Source: a virus (Duplodnaviria; Caudoviricetes). Taken from it: a DNA stretch of 24,491 nt. The DNA lies in IMG/VR virus record IMGVR_UViG_3300021966_000016, positions 1-24,491 of that record; one strand, written 5' to 3'. Below are positions 8,257 to 17,489 of the stretch, piece by piece. The position numbers and the translations under genes are program-made. A model generated the notes under the pieces. The model saw only the letters and a program-made list of their open reading frames with translations, did not search any database and was not told the DNA's origin. The first letter of the stretch is position 1. Each line of letters starts with the position of its first letter.

Positions 8257-11223
8257 ATGAAACTTAATAAAGTATTAGTAGTTCTAGGGTACCCCAGACT
8301 GTCATACTTTAACGACAGCGGTAAGTTGGATCTATTTAACTCAAAAGAGGGTAAGCTGTTATTAAAGATACTAACCGCACCGAGGGCAGGATTGGGAATA
8401 GATAAAAATGCAATTAGGATTGCTTTTGCAATCAACAAGAGGGTATCTTCATCAGAAGCTCAAAGAGCCATAAACTCAAAAAATCTAGAAGAGACTAGTA
8501 AGAACTTATGGAAAAGGATTGACGATGAATCTCCAGACTTGGTTATTAGTTTTGGCTCAATTGCACATAAAACTATAACCAGAAAGCCGGTTGGATTTAC
8601 AAAAGATATTAGTCATACTATTAGTATCAATAATACGTTTGTATCAGTCTTTGCTGACTTACTAGACGTGTTAAAGTACCCGTCTGATAAAGAAACACTA
8701 CGGCCTCAGTTAAACATGACTAGACACTTTATAAAGTACGGAAACAAGTTAGATTTAGGAGAATATGAGCTAGTTAAAGACTATTCTCGTGCTAAAGAGA
8801 TATTTAAAAATATTCTTGGACTGCCTCCACTAAAAGCTCCGCTGTATAAGATAATTGGAATTGACTTTGAAACTAATACACTTGAATCTTGGCGAACTAA
8901 TGCAAGGATGACAATGATGTCAATCTCTTGGAAAGATCATCAAGGTGTTGTAATTCCTATTGATAAGACAGGTTTTCAGCCTTTCTCAGAAGAAGAAAAG
9001 CAGGATATTAAACATAATGTTAACCAGATATTTAAATCTGACAAAATATGGAAAGTGCTTCATAACGGTAAGTTTGATATTACTATGCTTAAGGATGTCA
9101 ACGGTTTAGATAGGAGTATTAAGTGTATAGACACAGAAGTAATGTACTATGTGGGGTTTTCACAGGCAAAGAAAGTAAAAAAAGGATTAAAGCAGATCGC
9201 ACGAGCGTTTACTGATATGGGAGGCTATGAACAGCCACTAGAAGAGTTTAAAAATGAATATTTAGAGAACCATTATAAAAATTGGTACAACGCAGAGATT
9301 GAAAAGTCTAGAAAGGCTCTAGAGCTTGAAGGTAAAGACCCAGATAAGGCTAAGGTTTCTAAAAAGGACTATAAGGCTCCTACTAATGAGATCGACGGAG
9401 GGAAATTCAATTATGACTGGATTGATATGGAGGTTCAATTTCCATATGCCGCAGCTGACGCTGACGTCACACTAAGGCTTTTCAATAAAATGGTTGGTAG
9501 AATTAAGAAGAACCGTGCGTGGGTGAATTTAGTTTTTAACATATTCCCACGGCTTAATGATGCACTAACAACGATTGAGCATAACGGTATTAAGCTTGAT
9601 ATGGAACGTAATCGGGAACTTCATGACAAGTACGTTAAGCACCGAGACGACATGAAAAACGAAATCTTAAGCACTATTCCAGAGATTAAAATGATTGAAA
9701 AAGAGCGACTAAACTTTGCAATGGAACGAGAACAGATTAAGAAGATTAAGCCGGCAGACCGTACTAAAGAGCAGAAGCAAAAGTTTAAGGACTATGCTAA
9801 ATACTGTACTGGTAAGGATGGTGTTCCTAACTATAAGTTCAAGTTTACGCCTAATGATATGAAACGACTGTTATATGATGTTCTTGGGTATGAGCTACCA
9901 CAGGAACCACCATACGTTACTGGAAATCCTAAGAACATAACATGGAAGAGCTATTCAGTTGGTAAAGCTGCTCAGGAGTATCTAGAAGAGACTTATAAAA
10001 CCAAGTTTATTGAATTGTACTCTAAGTACAGTAAAGCAGAAACTGCCTTGGGTTCTTTTATTGACAAGTTGCCGGAGGTTCGGGATAAGGACGACTTTGT
10101 TAAGCCTAGCTTTAACCCTTATGTTACAGAGACTAGTCGGCTAAGTTCTAGCGGGGCATTTAACGCTCAAAATCAGACTAGAAGAACAGATAACCCAAAC
10201 GACTTTAATTACTCGTATGGGGTTAAATCAATGTACAGAAGCCGGTTTAAAGGCGGTATTCTGCTCAACATGGATTACAGCGCCCTAGAAATTTACACAA
10301 TGGCTATGCTTAGTAAAGATCGTAATATGACGCAGGCGCTTTTAGACCATAAAGACATTCATAAGCATAATGCAAGTCTTGGCTTTCACGTTCCATATGA
10401 CGAAGTTACTAAAAACTTAAGAACGTCGGCTAAAAAGGTATCGTTTGGTATTCCATATTCAATGGGTATAAAGACCCTTGCTAAAGACTTAGGCGTCGAT
10501 GAAAAAGAGGCACAAAGAATTTATGATGCCATTTTATCTACAATGCCACAGGTTAAGCAAGCGATGGCTGATTCACAGGAATTTGCTGCTAGGTATAAAT
10601 ATGCTGAAACTCTTAATGGGTTCCGAAGAGATCTGTCTAACGTTGATAGCATATTGAAGGACGTTCGTGCTAAAGCTAAACGACAAGCGTTTAACACAGA
10701 AATTCAAGGAAGTGGCTCAAACATTGTTAATCTAGGTCTAATCAGCGTTCACGAACAGTTTTGCAAGCGCAAGTTGAAGTCAAAGATAATTGCCACTGTT
10801 CATGACTCAATTCTTCTCGATGTTTATCCTCCAGAACTAGCCGAAGTCTATGCAGTTGTTAAGTATTGCTGTGAACACGTTAATTTTCCGGCAATTGTCA
10901 ACAATGACGCAACGGGTTACAGAGTTCCAAAAGAATACCAGCTGCCTAACAATAAATTCAGATTCCCGTTTGTGGTAGAACCAGAAATTGGTATTAATTA
11001 CAATGACGAGTTCGAAGTGGAAGAAGAAGACCTAATTAATATCGCTAAACTTAGTAAAAATAAAGGTGCTAGCGTTCAAGGGTGGGCTCAGCTACAGTAT
11101 GATAAGCAGAAGGTGAGTGAAAAGCTTAGCTACAAATTAATTGATGAGGACGAAGCTGAAAAAGAATTGGCTAATCTTGATAAAAAGTCAGACGAGTACT
11201 TGTACAGATTTGCAGAAAAGTAA
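8257..11223 (+). CDS. polA: Family A DNA polymerase (SPO1-like) with N-terminal UDG-like region and 3'-5' exonuclease
   Basis: Exo I DFET, Exo II HNGKFD, Exo III YAAADAD; TETSRLSS; motif A DYSALE, motif B RTSAKKVSFGIPY, motif C VHDS. Start moved to ATG 8257 after GGAGGT because the upstream part overlaps the promoter and the IHF-like gene. Confidence 0.97.
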   Translation: MKLNKVLVVLGYPRLSYFNDSGKLDLFNSKEGKLLLKILTAPRAGLGIDKNAIRIAFAINKRVSSSEAQRAINSKNLEETSKNLWKRIDDESPDLVISFGSIAHKTITRKPVGFTKDISHTISINNTFVSVFADLLDVLKYPSDKETLRPQLNMTRHFIKYGNKLDLGEYELVKDYSRAKEIFKNILGLPPLKAPLYKIIGIDFETNTLESWRTNARMTMMSISWKDHQGVVIPIDKTGFQPFSEEEKQDIKHNVNQIFKSDKIWKVLHNGKFDITMLKDVNGLDRSIKCIDTEVMYYVGFSQAKKVKKGLKQIARAFTDMGGYEQPLEEFKNEYLENHYKNWYNAEIEKSRKALELEGKDPDKAKVSKKDYKAPTNEIDGGKFNYDWIDMEVQFPYAAADADVTLRLFNKMVGRIKKNRAWVNLVFNIFPRLNDALTTIEHNGIKLDMERNRELHDKYVKHRDDMKNEILSTIPEIKMIEKERLNFAMEREQIKKIKPADRTKEQKQKFKDYAKYCTGKDGVPNYKFKFTPNDMKRLLYDVLGYELPQEPPYVTGNPKNITWKSYSVGKAAQEYLEETYKTKFIELYSKYSKAETALGSFIDKLPEVRDKDDFVKPSFNPYVTETSRLSSSGAFNAQNQTRRTDNPNDFNYSYGVKSMYRSRFKGGILLNMDYSALEIYTMAMLSKDRNMTQALLDHKDIHKHNASLGFHVPYDEVTKNLRTSAKKVSFGIPYSMGIKTLAKDLGVDEKEAQRIYDAILSTMPQVKQAMADSQEFAARYKYAETLNGFRRDLSNVDSILKDVRAKAKRQAFNTEIQGSGSNIVNLGLISVHEQFCKRKLKSKIIATVHDSILLDVYPPELAEVYAVVKYCCEHVNFPAIVNNDATGYRVPKEYQLPNNKFRFPFVVEPEIGINYNDEFEVEEEDLINIAKLSKNKGASVQGWAQLQYDKQKVSEKLSYKLIDEDEAEKELANLDKKSDEYLYRFAEK

Positions 11224-11238
11224 TGGATATGTTAATAT
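11210..11238 (+). promoter_or_regulatory. sigmaA-type promoter (weaker -35)
   Basis: TTGCAG(11210-11215), 17 bp, TAATAT(11233-11238), TG at 11230-11231. Confidence 0.55.
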
Positions 11239-11267
11239 ATCAGTATTAACAGAAAGCCGGTGTAATA

Positions 11268-11471
11268 ATGCGTACTAATAAGAACAAAGAGAATAAGGAA
11301 AAATCGTTTAGCAAGTTTATGTCGCAATTAGCTGTGTGGATGTCTATTCCTGTATGGATTCTGTGCTATTATCTGTTTGGAAGATTTAATAGTTTTATTG
11401 TATTCGTTACTGTTGAACTCGTGCTAGTAGCAATATCGTCATACTATGACGTCAAGTGGAGGGATAAATAG
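11268..11471 (+). CDS. Small membrane protein, two predicted TM helices
   Basis: Basic N-terminus, then LAVWMSIPVWILCYYLF and FIVFVTVELVLVAISSYY. Confidence 0.75.
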   Translation: MRTNKNKENKEKSFSKFMSQLAVWMSIPVWILCYYLFGRFNSFIVFVTVELVLVAISSYYDVKWRDK

Positions 11472-12071
11472 ATGTTTGGAATTAAGCGTAGGGTAAAGCG
11501 ACTAGAAGCTAGCAGTCATGTGGCTAAAATAAAGTCTGGATACATTGACAAGCTAACTGGGTTAATGTATAACAAGAAGGGGCGTCTTAATGAGTTTAGT
11601 GTTCCAGACTATACTGAGGAAAACGATAAGCGCCACGAACAGGTAGCTTTAGAGTATCTAAACAAATCTAGTAGTGGAGGGACTAATCTAGTTGGCTTTC
11701 TGCCACAGGTTGATCTTCCTGTTAGCTACACCGGAGATAAGGACAGTATACTGAGTGCCTTAGCTATTGACGCTGTTACAAGAGACTTTAGTGCTCAATT
11801 TGATGATAACTACGAATACATTTGGGCGTTCGATTTTGACAAAATGGAAACAAAGTGTGTCATATTGGCCGGAACTATTGAGGAAGCAATAAACATATAT
11901 GTTGAGAGGTACGGAATACGTTCCGTTTCTGATATTATTCCACCACTGATTGGTAATACACAGCAGGCAGTAGACAACTATAATAAGATTGCTAAGTCGA
12001 ATAACGTTAAAGCTACTATGAGTAGCCGAAATGTTGAAAAGGGGATTCTTTACCAGTACGTTGTTGAGTAG
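11472..12071 (+). CDS. Hypothetical protein
   Basis: 199 aa, RBS GGAGGG, abuts upstream stop. Confidence 0.8.
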   Translation: MFGIKRRVKRLEASSHVAKIKSGYIDKLTGLMYNKKGRLNEFSVPDYTEENDKRHEQVALEYLNKSSSGGTNLVGFLPQVDLPVSYTGDKDSILSALAIDAVTRDFSAQFDDNYEYIWAFDFDKMETKCVILAGTIEEAINIYVERYGIRSVSDIIPPLIGNTQQAVDNYNKIAKSNNVKATMSSRNVEKGILYQYVVE

Positions 12072-12092
12072 TTTATATAGGAGGATAACACT

Positions 12093-12575
12093 ATGAATCT
12101 AAAAGAAAAGCTAATCATGAATAACGACATCGAAGAACTACGTGAAAGAGCTAATAATACGCTTCTTTTCTATCTAGGGTATACGTCTGACTACTCAGAC
12201 ATTAAGAAGGTAGCTCTAGAGTTTATTAATGACGAACGTGAAACGCTAGTTAAGTACGATAGCTATTTAAAGAAACTTATTCCAAAGTTGTATAGTGTAA
12301 AAGACCCTGTATTGAAGCTTGGGTTTATTGCTAACCAAGACATTAGATTCTATAAAGACAGTAGTAATATGAGTTTTCCTAACACAGATTTAGGTGACTG
12401 GACTGTATATGCTATTCCGGGAAGCTACTACTTCAATGACGCAAAAGTTATTGTATCAGAATTAGGAACAGCAAGACTAATTTCTAATAACGGTGAAACA
12501 AAGATTATTCCAGCAGTTACTGTATCTAAGGGTGGCGGAATTTTCATCTCAAATGATTTAGTAAAGGACGTTTGA
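12093..12575 (+). CDS. Hypothetical protein
   Basis: 160 aa, RBS AGGAGG. Confidence 0.8.
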   Translation: MNLKEKLIMNNDIEELRERANNTLLFYLGYTSDYSDIKKVALEFINDERETLVKYDSYLKKLIPKLYSVKDPVLKLGFIANQDIRFYKDSSNMSFPNTDLGDWTVYAIPGSYYFNDAKVIVSELGTARLISNNGETKIIPAVTVSKGGGIFISNDLVKDV

Positions 12576-12600
12576 CATACACATTTATATGTGGTAAAAT
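12572..12600 (+). promoter_or_regulatory. sigmaA-type promoter
   Basis: TTGACA(12572-12577, containing the TGA stop of the upstream gene), 17 bp, TAAAAT(12595-12600), TG at 12592-12593. Confidence 0.85.
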
Positions 12601-12627
12601 TATCAGTATAGAAAAGGGGAAGATAGT

Positions 12628-13299
12628 ATGAATTATAAAGAACGGTCTAAAAAGTTGACTAGCTCCATGGCGGCAGAAATTATTAAATTAAAGCAAGATT
12701 TGAAAGAGCTAACTAGTATTTATGAAAGTATTGATGAAGATGATTACACTAAGGAATCAAAGGGTACTAAAACTAAACTATTTATGGATACTGGTAATGA
12801 TACAGCCACAGAGTCACAGAAAGAAACAGTTTGTGACTATACAGTAGGCATTAAAGTTACTAATGTACAGACTGGAGAATCACATACCTATAAGTCACTA
12901 AATGAAGCGTTCCACAAGACTGGTATTAGTCTTTATAGCTTATCAGTTCTTAGCCGTTCTGGAAATCTGTGGCGAAACATTCTTAAGATCGAGCGTGTTA
13001 ACGGTGAAGACCATGGTATGCAGGCACCAACTGTTAAGATTATTAAGGTTGAATCCGATGACGGTCAAGTTATTGTTTCTGATGAAATGAATAAAGTTGC
13101 TGAGGCTCTAGGGGTAGAGTACTCAACTTTATCACGTGCAATCAAGAAAGGTTATCTAGCAAACACTTCTTTAGGATTCGTAAACTTATCTAGAATGACT
13201 AGTGAACAGTTAGACGCTTTTAAAGAAGACGTTAAAGGCTATGATAGTCAGACTTTAGATGAGGACGATCCAATTGATTTAAGAGATTATGACTTATAG
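12628..13299 (+). CDS. Putative DNA-binding protein with two NUMOD1/IENR1-like repeats
   Basis: IKVTNVQTGESHTYKSLNEAFHKTGISLYSL and IIKVESDDGQVIVSDEMNKVAEALGVEYSTLSRAIKKG resemble the beta-beta-HTH module of homing endonucleases. No HNH or GIY-YIG motif. Confidence 0.65.
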   Translation: MNYKERSKKLTSSMAAEIIKLKQDLKELTSIYESIDEDDYTKESKGTKTKLFMDTGNDTATESQKETVCDYTVGIKVTNVQTGESHTYKSLNEAFHKTGISLYSLSVLSRSGNLWRNILKIERVNGEDHGMQAPTVKIIKVESDDGQVIVSDEMNKVAEALGVEYSTLSRAIKKGYLANTSLGFVNLSRMTSEQLDAFKEDVKGYDSQTLDEDDPIDLRDYDL

Positions 13300-13312
13300 A
13301 ATGATACTTAAT

Positions 13313-13341
13313 GTGGCTATACTTTTATAGCCACTTTATTT
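13313..13341 (+). terminator. Rho-independent terminator
   Basis: GTGGCTATA-CTTT-TATAGCCAC perfect 9-bp stem followed by TTTATTT. Confidence 0.75.
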
Positions 13342-13357
13342 ATGGAGGTGAGTGAGC

Positions 13358-13837
13358 GTGAAGCTAGACCTAGGAAAATTTAAGAACATAGAATCAATCT
13401 CGTATCGTAATGAGTATGGTGATGAAGTGCTTATCCCAGTAGACGAGTGGCTTGGAATTAACGAACAAGACCTAGTTTTTGATAATCAAGCAAATCATTA
13501 TTATGTAATTGCGACTTTAGAAGCTAAAGCTAAGTTACTGGTAGAAAACCAGAAACTTGTTGTAAACAAAACCCAAGGTGACCTATTTTACAAGTATTCA
13601 CACAACGCAGAGTATATTAAGGAAAATGGTGGTAAGAAGCTATCTCAGAATGAGCTTAATAATAGGATTATGAGCGATCCACTGTTGATAAAGGAACAAA
13701 CCAAACTAAATCAGCTATCATTCATTCAGGGGAATTTAAAGCAAATGCTAGCTGCGATGCAACAGCGGAAAGACCTTTTACAGACCATTGCAAGCAATAA
13801 GCGCGCTGAAACTAGGCTTTCTGGTCAAATGTCTTAG
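13358..13837 (+). CDS. UvsY-like recombination mediator protein
   Basis: Helical protein of about 160 aa ending AMQQRKDLLQTIASNKRAE, upstream of SSB and RecA. GTG 13358 is better spaced from GGAGGTG than GTG 13352. Confidence 0.65.
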   Translation: MKLDLGKFKNIESISYRNEYGDEVLIPVDEWLGINEQDLVFDNQANHYYVIATLEAKAKLLVENQKLVVNKTQGDLFYKYSHNAEYIKENGGKKLSQNELNNRIMSDPLLIKEQTKLNQLSFIQGNLKQMLAAMQQRKDLLQTIASNKRAETRLSGQMS

Positions 13838-13838
13838 C

Positions 13839-13867
13839 TTGACATTTAATGCTAAGCGTGCTAGTAT
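13839..13867 (+). promoter_or_regulatory. sigmaA-type promoter
   Basis: TTGACA(13839-13844), 17 bp, TAGTAT(13862-13867), TG at 13859-13860. Confidence 0.85.
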
Positions 13868-13896
13868 ATTAGTATAAAAAGAAAGAGGTAATTGAA

Positions 13897-15057
13897 ATGG
13901 TAGATTTTAAAAAGAAACTAGAAGAAGAACTTGCACGAGTTAATGGCTCTGGTAGTAGTTCTAGTGAAAGGCACGAAAATAATTTCAAAGAACAACTATA
14001 TTCGTTAAGAAAAAACAAGCCTCAATATATTAGTAAAAACAACCCATTCCTTGGAAGAATCCTGTCTTTAGGAAAACGTTGGTTTGCTAAAGAAGTAAAC
14101 GAAATTGAATTTACGATCAACACGTCTAAGGGCAAGCATAACTTCCATCCAAGCGTATATCGTGATGGTAACCAAGATTCCCTATCTGACATGACATGGG
14201 AAGTAATGAAGTTTAACAGTAAGTATCGAAAAGAACACAATACTAATGACAATCCAATTGATATTAAAGAAAAAGGAGTAGGCGTAGGGTTCGCTGGAAC
14301 ATCAATCTCGCAGTTTTATGAAATCATTGGTATTCCATCTGATAGTAATGGTGACCTAGTTAAGAACAGCGATGGAACTTATAAGATTGTTAACTACCTT
14401 ATCTCGTCCTCTATTTACAAAGCGCTGGTAAATCTTCTAGCTGACAAAACCTATCGAGTTAATGGCAATTCACTACCAGACGGGTTCTTATCTCAACGAG
14501 ACACGTATGCCGTTCAAATTAAGTATGATGGTAGCCATATGAATGTATCTGCACGTACTGACATTGTATACCCTCCTATGGAATACAACTATCTAAAACG
14601 GAATAATGAAGACACGGACTTTGTTTACTTTGATGACCCAGAACAGTATAACCAGAAAATTGTTGACTATGACAAGGACTATCACAATTATCTAGAATAT
14701 CAATTAAGTAAGTCTATTGTTGATAAGGCTAGCAAGCTTAATGTTCATATGACCGTTGCTGAAAAGTATTTAAATGAAAATAAAAGCGATAATAGCAGTA
14801 ATACTAGCCAAGTTCCAGTAAGTTCAGCACCAGTAGAGCCTAGCGAAGAGCATAAGACAATTACTGTTGAAGAAGATTCGTCTGCAACGCAACTATGGCC
14901 TAAAGAAGAACAAGGATTTCCTAAGTCTGAACCACAACGGACGCCAGAATCTCAGACACAAGGTCAGCAGGATAGTGACGACACAGCATTTCCATTTGAT
15001 GACGACGACAGTGAACAGGATAGCGGAATTGATTCTGTATTAGACGCATTTAACTAA
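13897..15057 (+). CDS. Putative single-stranded DNA-binding protein
   Basis: Low-complexity linker and strongly acidic C-terminal tail (DDTAFPFDDDDSEQDSGIDSVLDAFN); lies between UvsY-like and RecA genes. Confidence 0.7.
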   Translation: MVDFKKKLEEELARVNGSGSSSSERHENNFKEQLYSLRKNKPQYISKNNPFLGRILSLGKRWFAKEVNEIEFTINTSKGKHNFHPSVYRDGNQDSLSDMTWEVMKFNSKYRKEHNTNDNPIDIKEKGVGVGFAGTSISQFYEIIGIPSDSNGDLVKNSDGTYKIVNYLISSSIYKALVNLLADKTYRVNGNSLPDGFLSQRDTYAVQIKYDGSHMNVSARTDIVYPPMEYNYLKRNNEDTDFVYFDDPEQYNQKIVDYDKDYHNYLEYQLSKSIVDKASKLNVHMTVAEKYLNENKSDNSSNTSQVPVSSAPVEPSEEHKTITVEEDSSATQLWPKEEQGFPKSEPQRTPESQTQGQQDSDDTAFPFDDDDSEQDSGIDSVLDAFN

Positions 15058-15068
15058 GGAGGAATAGA

Positions 15069-16286
15069 ATGACAGTTAATATTTCAGATATAATGTCAGT
15101 ATTGAAGAAAGGCGACAAACGAATTACTGACTACTCAGACACTGACCAAGGGCGAGTTAAAGACTACGTGCCAACGTTAATTCCTTCTCTAGATAAGAAC
15201 TTAATATCCGGTATTCCTGCGTCCGGTAGAGTAACAGAAGTGTTTGGACTACCCAGTTCTGGTAAGAGTACATTGATGGGGCTTATTATGAGAAATGCTC
15301 TTAAAATGAATATTATGCCTATATACTTTGACGTTGAAGAGACAATGGATAACGAGCGTTTAGTAGGTCTTGGGGTAGATCCTAGTAAGGTTCTTACTGT
15401 TACACCTGAACTAAATAAAGATGGTACAGTAACACCATTGTATATTGAGGAACTAACTAATTATATCGTCAATATGGCTGCTAAGATACATGGTCAGAAC
15501 CCAAATGTAATCTCGATGTTTATTATTGACTCCGTTGGTTTCACTCAATCTAAGCTTGAAGCTAATACTGACTCTGAAAGCGCGACTGTTGGTCAACAGG
15601 CTAAAGCGCTAGCGATTATGGCTAGAAAAGTCCAAGCTAATTTGTCATATAATAACGGGTTACTGATTGGTCTTAACCAAGGACGGGACGACATGAAAGC
15701 CCCTAATCCAAAGTATGCCCAAACTAAGTCCCTAGGCGGGAAAGGCTGGGAACATTTTACAAGTTCACGTCTTCGTATTCAAAAAAGTAGTGCGATTAAA
15801 ATGCACAACTCAGACAAGACCGCAGTTGGGTTCGACACGCGTGTAACCGTTGTAAAGTCTAAGATTGGTGATAACGTTACTGATACAGTTACAATCAAGC
15901 TACTGGGAGCTAGAGGATTTGATAGAGAAACCAACATCTTTTACGGCGGTGTAGACGAAGGCATCATTAAGGGCTCAGGGTGGTACACGTATGTCAATGA
16001 TGACGGAGAACAAATTAAGAAGCAAGGCTGGGTAGACTTTGTATCTTATCTAAAGTCAGACGAAGGAAAAGAGACAGCTAATGAGATTTGGCGAAAAGTT
16101 GCTCTAAAGGTATTTCCAGATATATATCCAGCTTTATTCAACACAACAGCAACGATGAGCGTTGAGTACTTCCCAGAAATAGCTGGTATGCGTAAGCATT
16201 ATTATGACGTTATGATGGATAAGCCAGAAGATGAACGTCCACAGAATTTTACAGATTACGTTGACGCTGGGCTACCAATTGACTAG
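15069..16286 (+). CDS. recA: RecA/UvsX-like recombinase
   Basis: IPSLD...GIP..GRVTEVFGLPSSGKST (Walker A), FIIDSVG (Walker B), VGQQAK, LNQ, GGKG, VVKSK, GSGWY. Uninterrupted ORF. Confidence 0.96.
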   Translation: MTVNISDIMSVLKKGDKRITDYSDTDQGRVKDYVPTLIPSLDKNLISGIPASGRVTEVFGLPSSGKSTLMGLIMRNALKMNIMPIYFDVEETMDNERLVGLGVDPSKVLTVTPELNKDGTVTPLYIEELTNYIVNMAAKIHGQNPNVISMFIIDSVGFTQSKLEANTDSESATVGQQAKALAIMARKVQANLSYNNGLLIGLNQGRDDMKAPNPKYAQTKSLGGKGWEHFTSSRLRIQKSSAIKMHNSDKTAVGFDTRVTVVKSKIGDNVTDTVTIKLLGARGFDRETNIFYGGVDEGIIKGSGWYTYVNDDGEQIKKQGWVDFVSYLKSDEGKETANEIWRKVALKVFPDIYPALFNTTATMSVEYFPEIAGMRKHYYDVMMDKPEDERPQNFTDYVDAGLPID

Positions 16287-16299
16287 TAACGGGGAACAT

Positions 16300-16322
16300 A
16301 AGGGCGTAAGCCCTTTTTATTT
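16300..16322 (+). terminator. Rho-independent terminator after recA
   Basis: AAGGGC-GTAA-GCCCTT (GNRA loop) followed by TTTATTT. Confidence 0.85.
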
Positions 16323-16336
16323 ATAGGAGGAAAGAT

Positions 16337-16855
16337 ATGTTATCAAGAAGTGAAGAAGATAGTATGCTAGGAGTATTCAGTAGGCATACTGTAATTAAAC
16401 AATTTAATGCAGAATCACAGCGTAAGAACGTCCGAAAACATCTTGAACAATTATGGGATTCATTAAAGGACACAGACCATCCATGGTTCGACGTTTCAGA
16501 GTACCAAACGTTTGGAACACCTTATCTGTCGTCGCACTTTGTACCATATAAGTTTTACGACAACTTTGTTGTTGGCTATCGTAGAGATGACATTAATAAT
16601 ATCAGGATTACTTATAACTATGGAGAATTTATTGGTGGTCTGACTAAGGCGGAACGAGACTTTATAGCTGACGATCACTATCCTGCACAAATGACAAATA
16701 GCTCAATTTATGCAATCATTAATGACGATGATTTAGAAAGCTTTAATAATTCAAAAGTTAAGAATGCACTTAATATCGAAAAAGACTTTGAAGCGATCAG
16801 TAGGATGGATGGAGATAGCTTGTCAAGCGCTGGATACACAGAGGGTGGCTACTAG
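16337..16855 (+). CDS. Hypothetical protein
   Basis: 172 aa, RBS AGGAGG; no sigma-factor motifs recognised. Confidence 0.8.
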   Translation: MLSRSEEDSMLGVFSRHTVIKQFNAESQRKNVRKHLEQLWDSLKDTDHPWFDVSEYQTFGTPYLSSHFVPYKFYDNFVVGYRRDDINNIRITYNYGEFIGGLTKAERDFIADDHYPAQMTNSSIYAIINDDDLESFNNSKVKNALNIEKDFEAISRMDGDSLSSAGYTEGGY

Positions 16856-16933
16856 AAAGTGCAACTAAATATTAATATTGGTACTAATTAGTGATACGCT
16901 AACTTTAGCTTATAAATAAGGAGTGAGTATTAA

Positions 16934-17470
16934 ATGGTTAAAAAGATTGATATTGATACGGTGACCTATAACGACCTGAATGGTAGAACATTTACTATTG
17001 GTTTCCCATCATCAAGTTCAGACGTATATTCAGATAAGGGGGCACTGCCTGTAGGTTTCAAGTTCTCTAATCTAGACGTGTATAAATTCGTGTTATCAGA
17101 CCCAGCACAAGTTGCTGACCCCGAAGGAAAGGGTAAACTAGTAGTTCATGTTGACCCAAGTGACGGTGTAACATGGCTTCAAGACAGGGACTTAGACGAC
17201 CAATACGAACAGCTTGACACTGTTACTTCTAAGATCGCTGGTGACGCTAAGAACAGCCATAACATTGGAATCGCCATGCTACAAGCAGTTCAGCAACACA
17301 TTTGGGGAAGCTTGAATACTAATGCGTATGATACGTATAAGCTTTCATTAGACGAAATTGCAGAAGCACTTGGTGGAGACGATGAAACAGTAACAGTGAC
17401 AGAAACACAAACAGTTACAAAGGCTCCAGTAACGACTACTGAAACACAAACTCAAACGCAAGCTAAGTAA
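16934..17470 (+). CDS. Putative virion-associated protein with Thr-rich C-terminal tail
   Basis: Acidic 178-aa protein ending ETVTVTETQTVTKAPVTTTETQTQTQAK. Virion role inferred from position, where related phages carry Ig-like virion proteins. Confidence 0.6.
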   Translation: MVKKIDIDTVTYNDLNGRTFTIGFPSSSSDVYSDKGALPVGFKFSNLDVYKFVLSDPAQVADPEGKGKLVVHVDPSDGVTWLQDRDLDDQYEQLDTVTSKIAGDAKNSHNIGIAMLQAVQQHIWGSLNTNAYDTYKLSLDEIAEALGGDDETVTVTETQTVTKAPVTTTETQTQTQAK

Positions 17471-17489
17471 TTAAAGGAGGTTTTATATA

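Noticed and set aside
5764-11238. Repeated TGTTAATAT (5764 and 11230) as a separate late-promoter motif
   Set aside because: Both are explained as extended -10 elements with a TTG-type -35 box exactly 17 bp upstream.
11268-11471. Holin call for the two-TM protein
   Set aside because: No endolysin nearby and it lies in a replication region; topology alone is insufficient.
12790-12835. DTATESQKETV as a fourth TETQT motif
   Set aside because: Only a partial match without the alternating Thr pattern; likely chance.
16911-16918. TATAAATA as a T4-type late promoter
   Set aside because: It abuts the RBS, so a transcript would start inside the RBS; the octamer is likely by chance in AT-rich DNA and this is not a T4-like phage.
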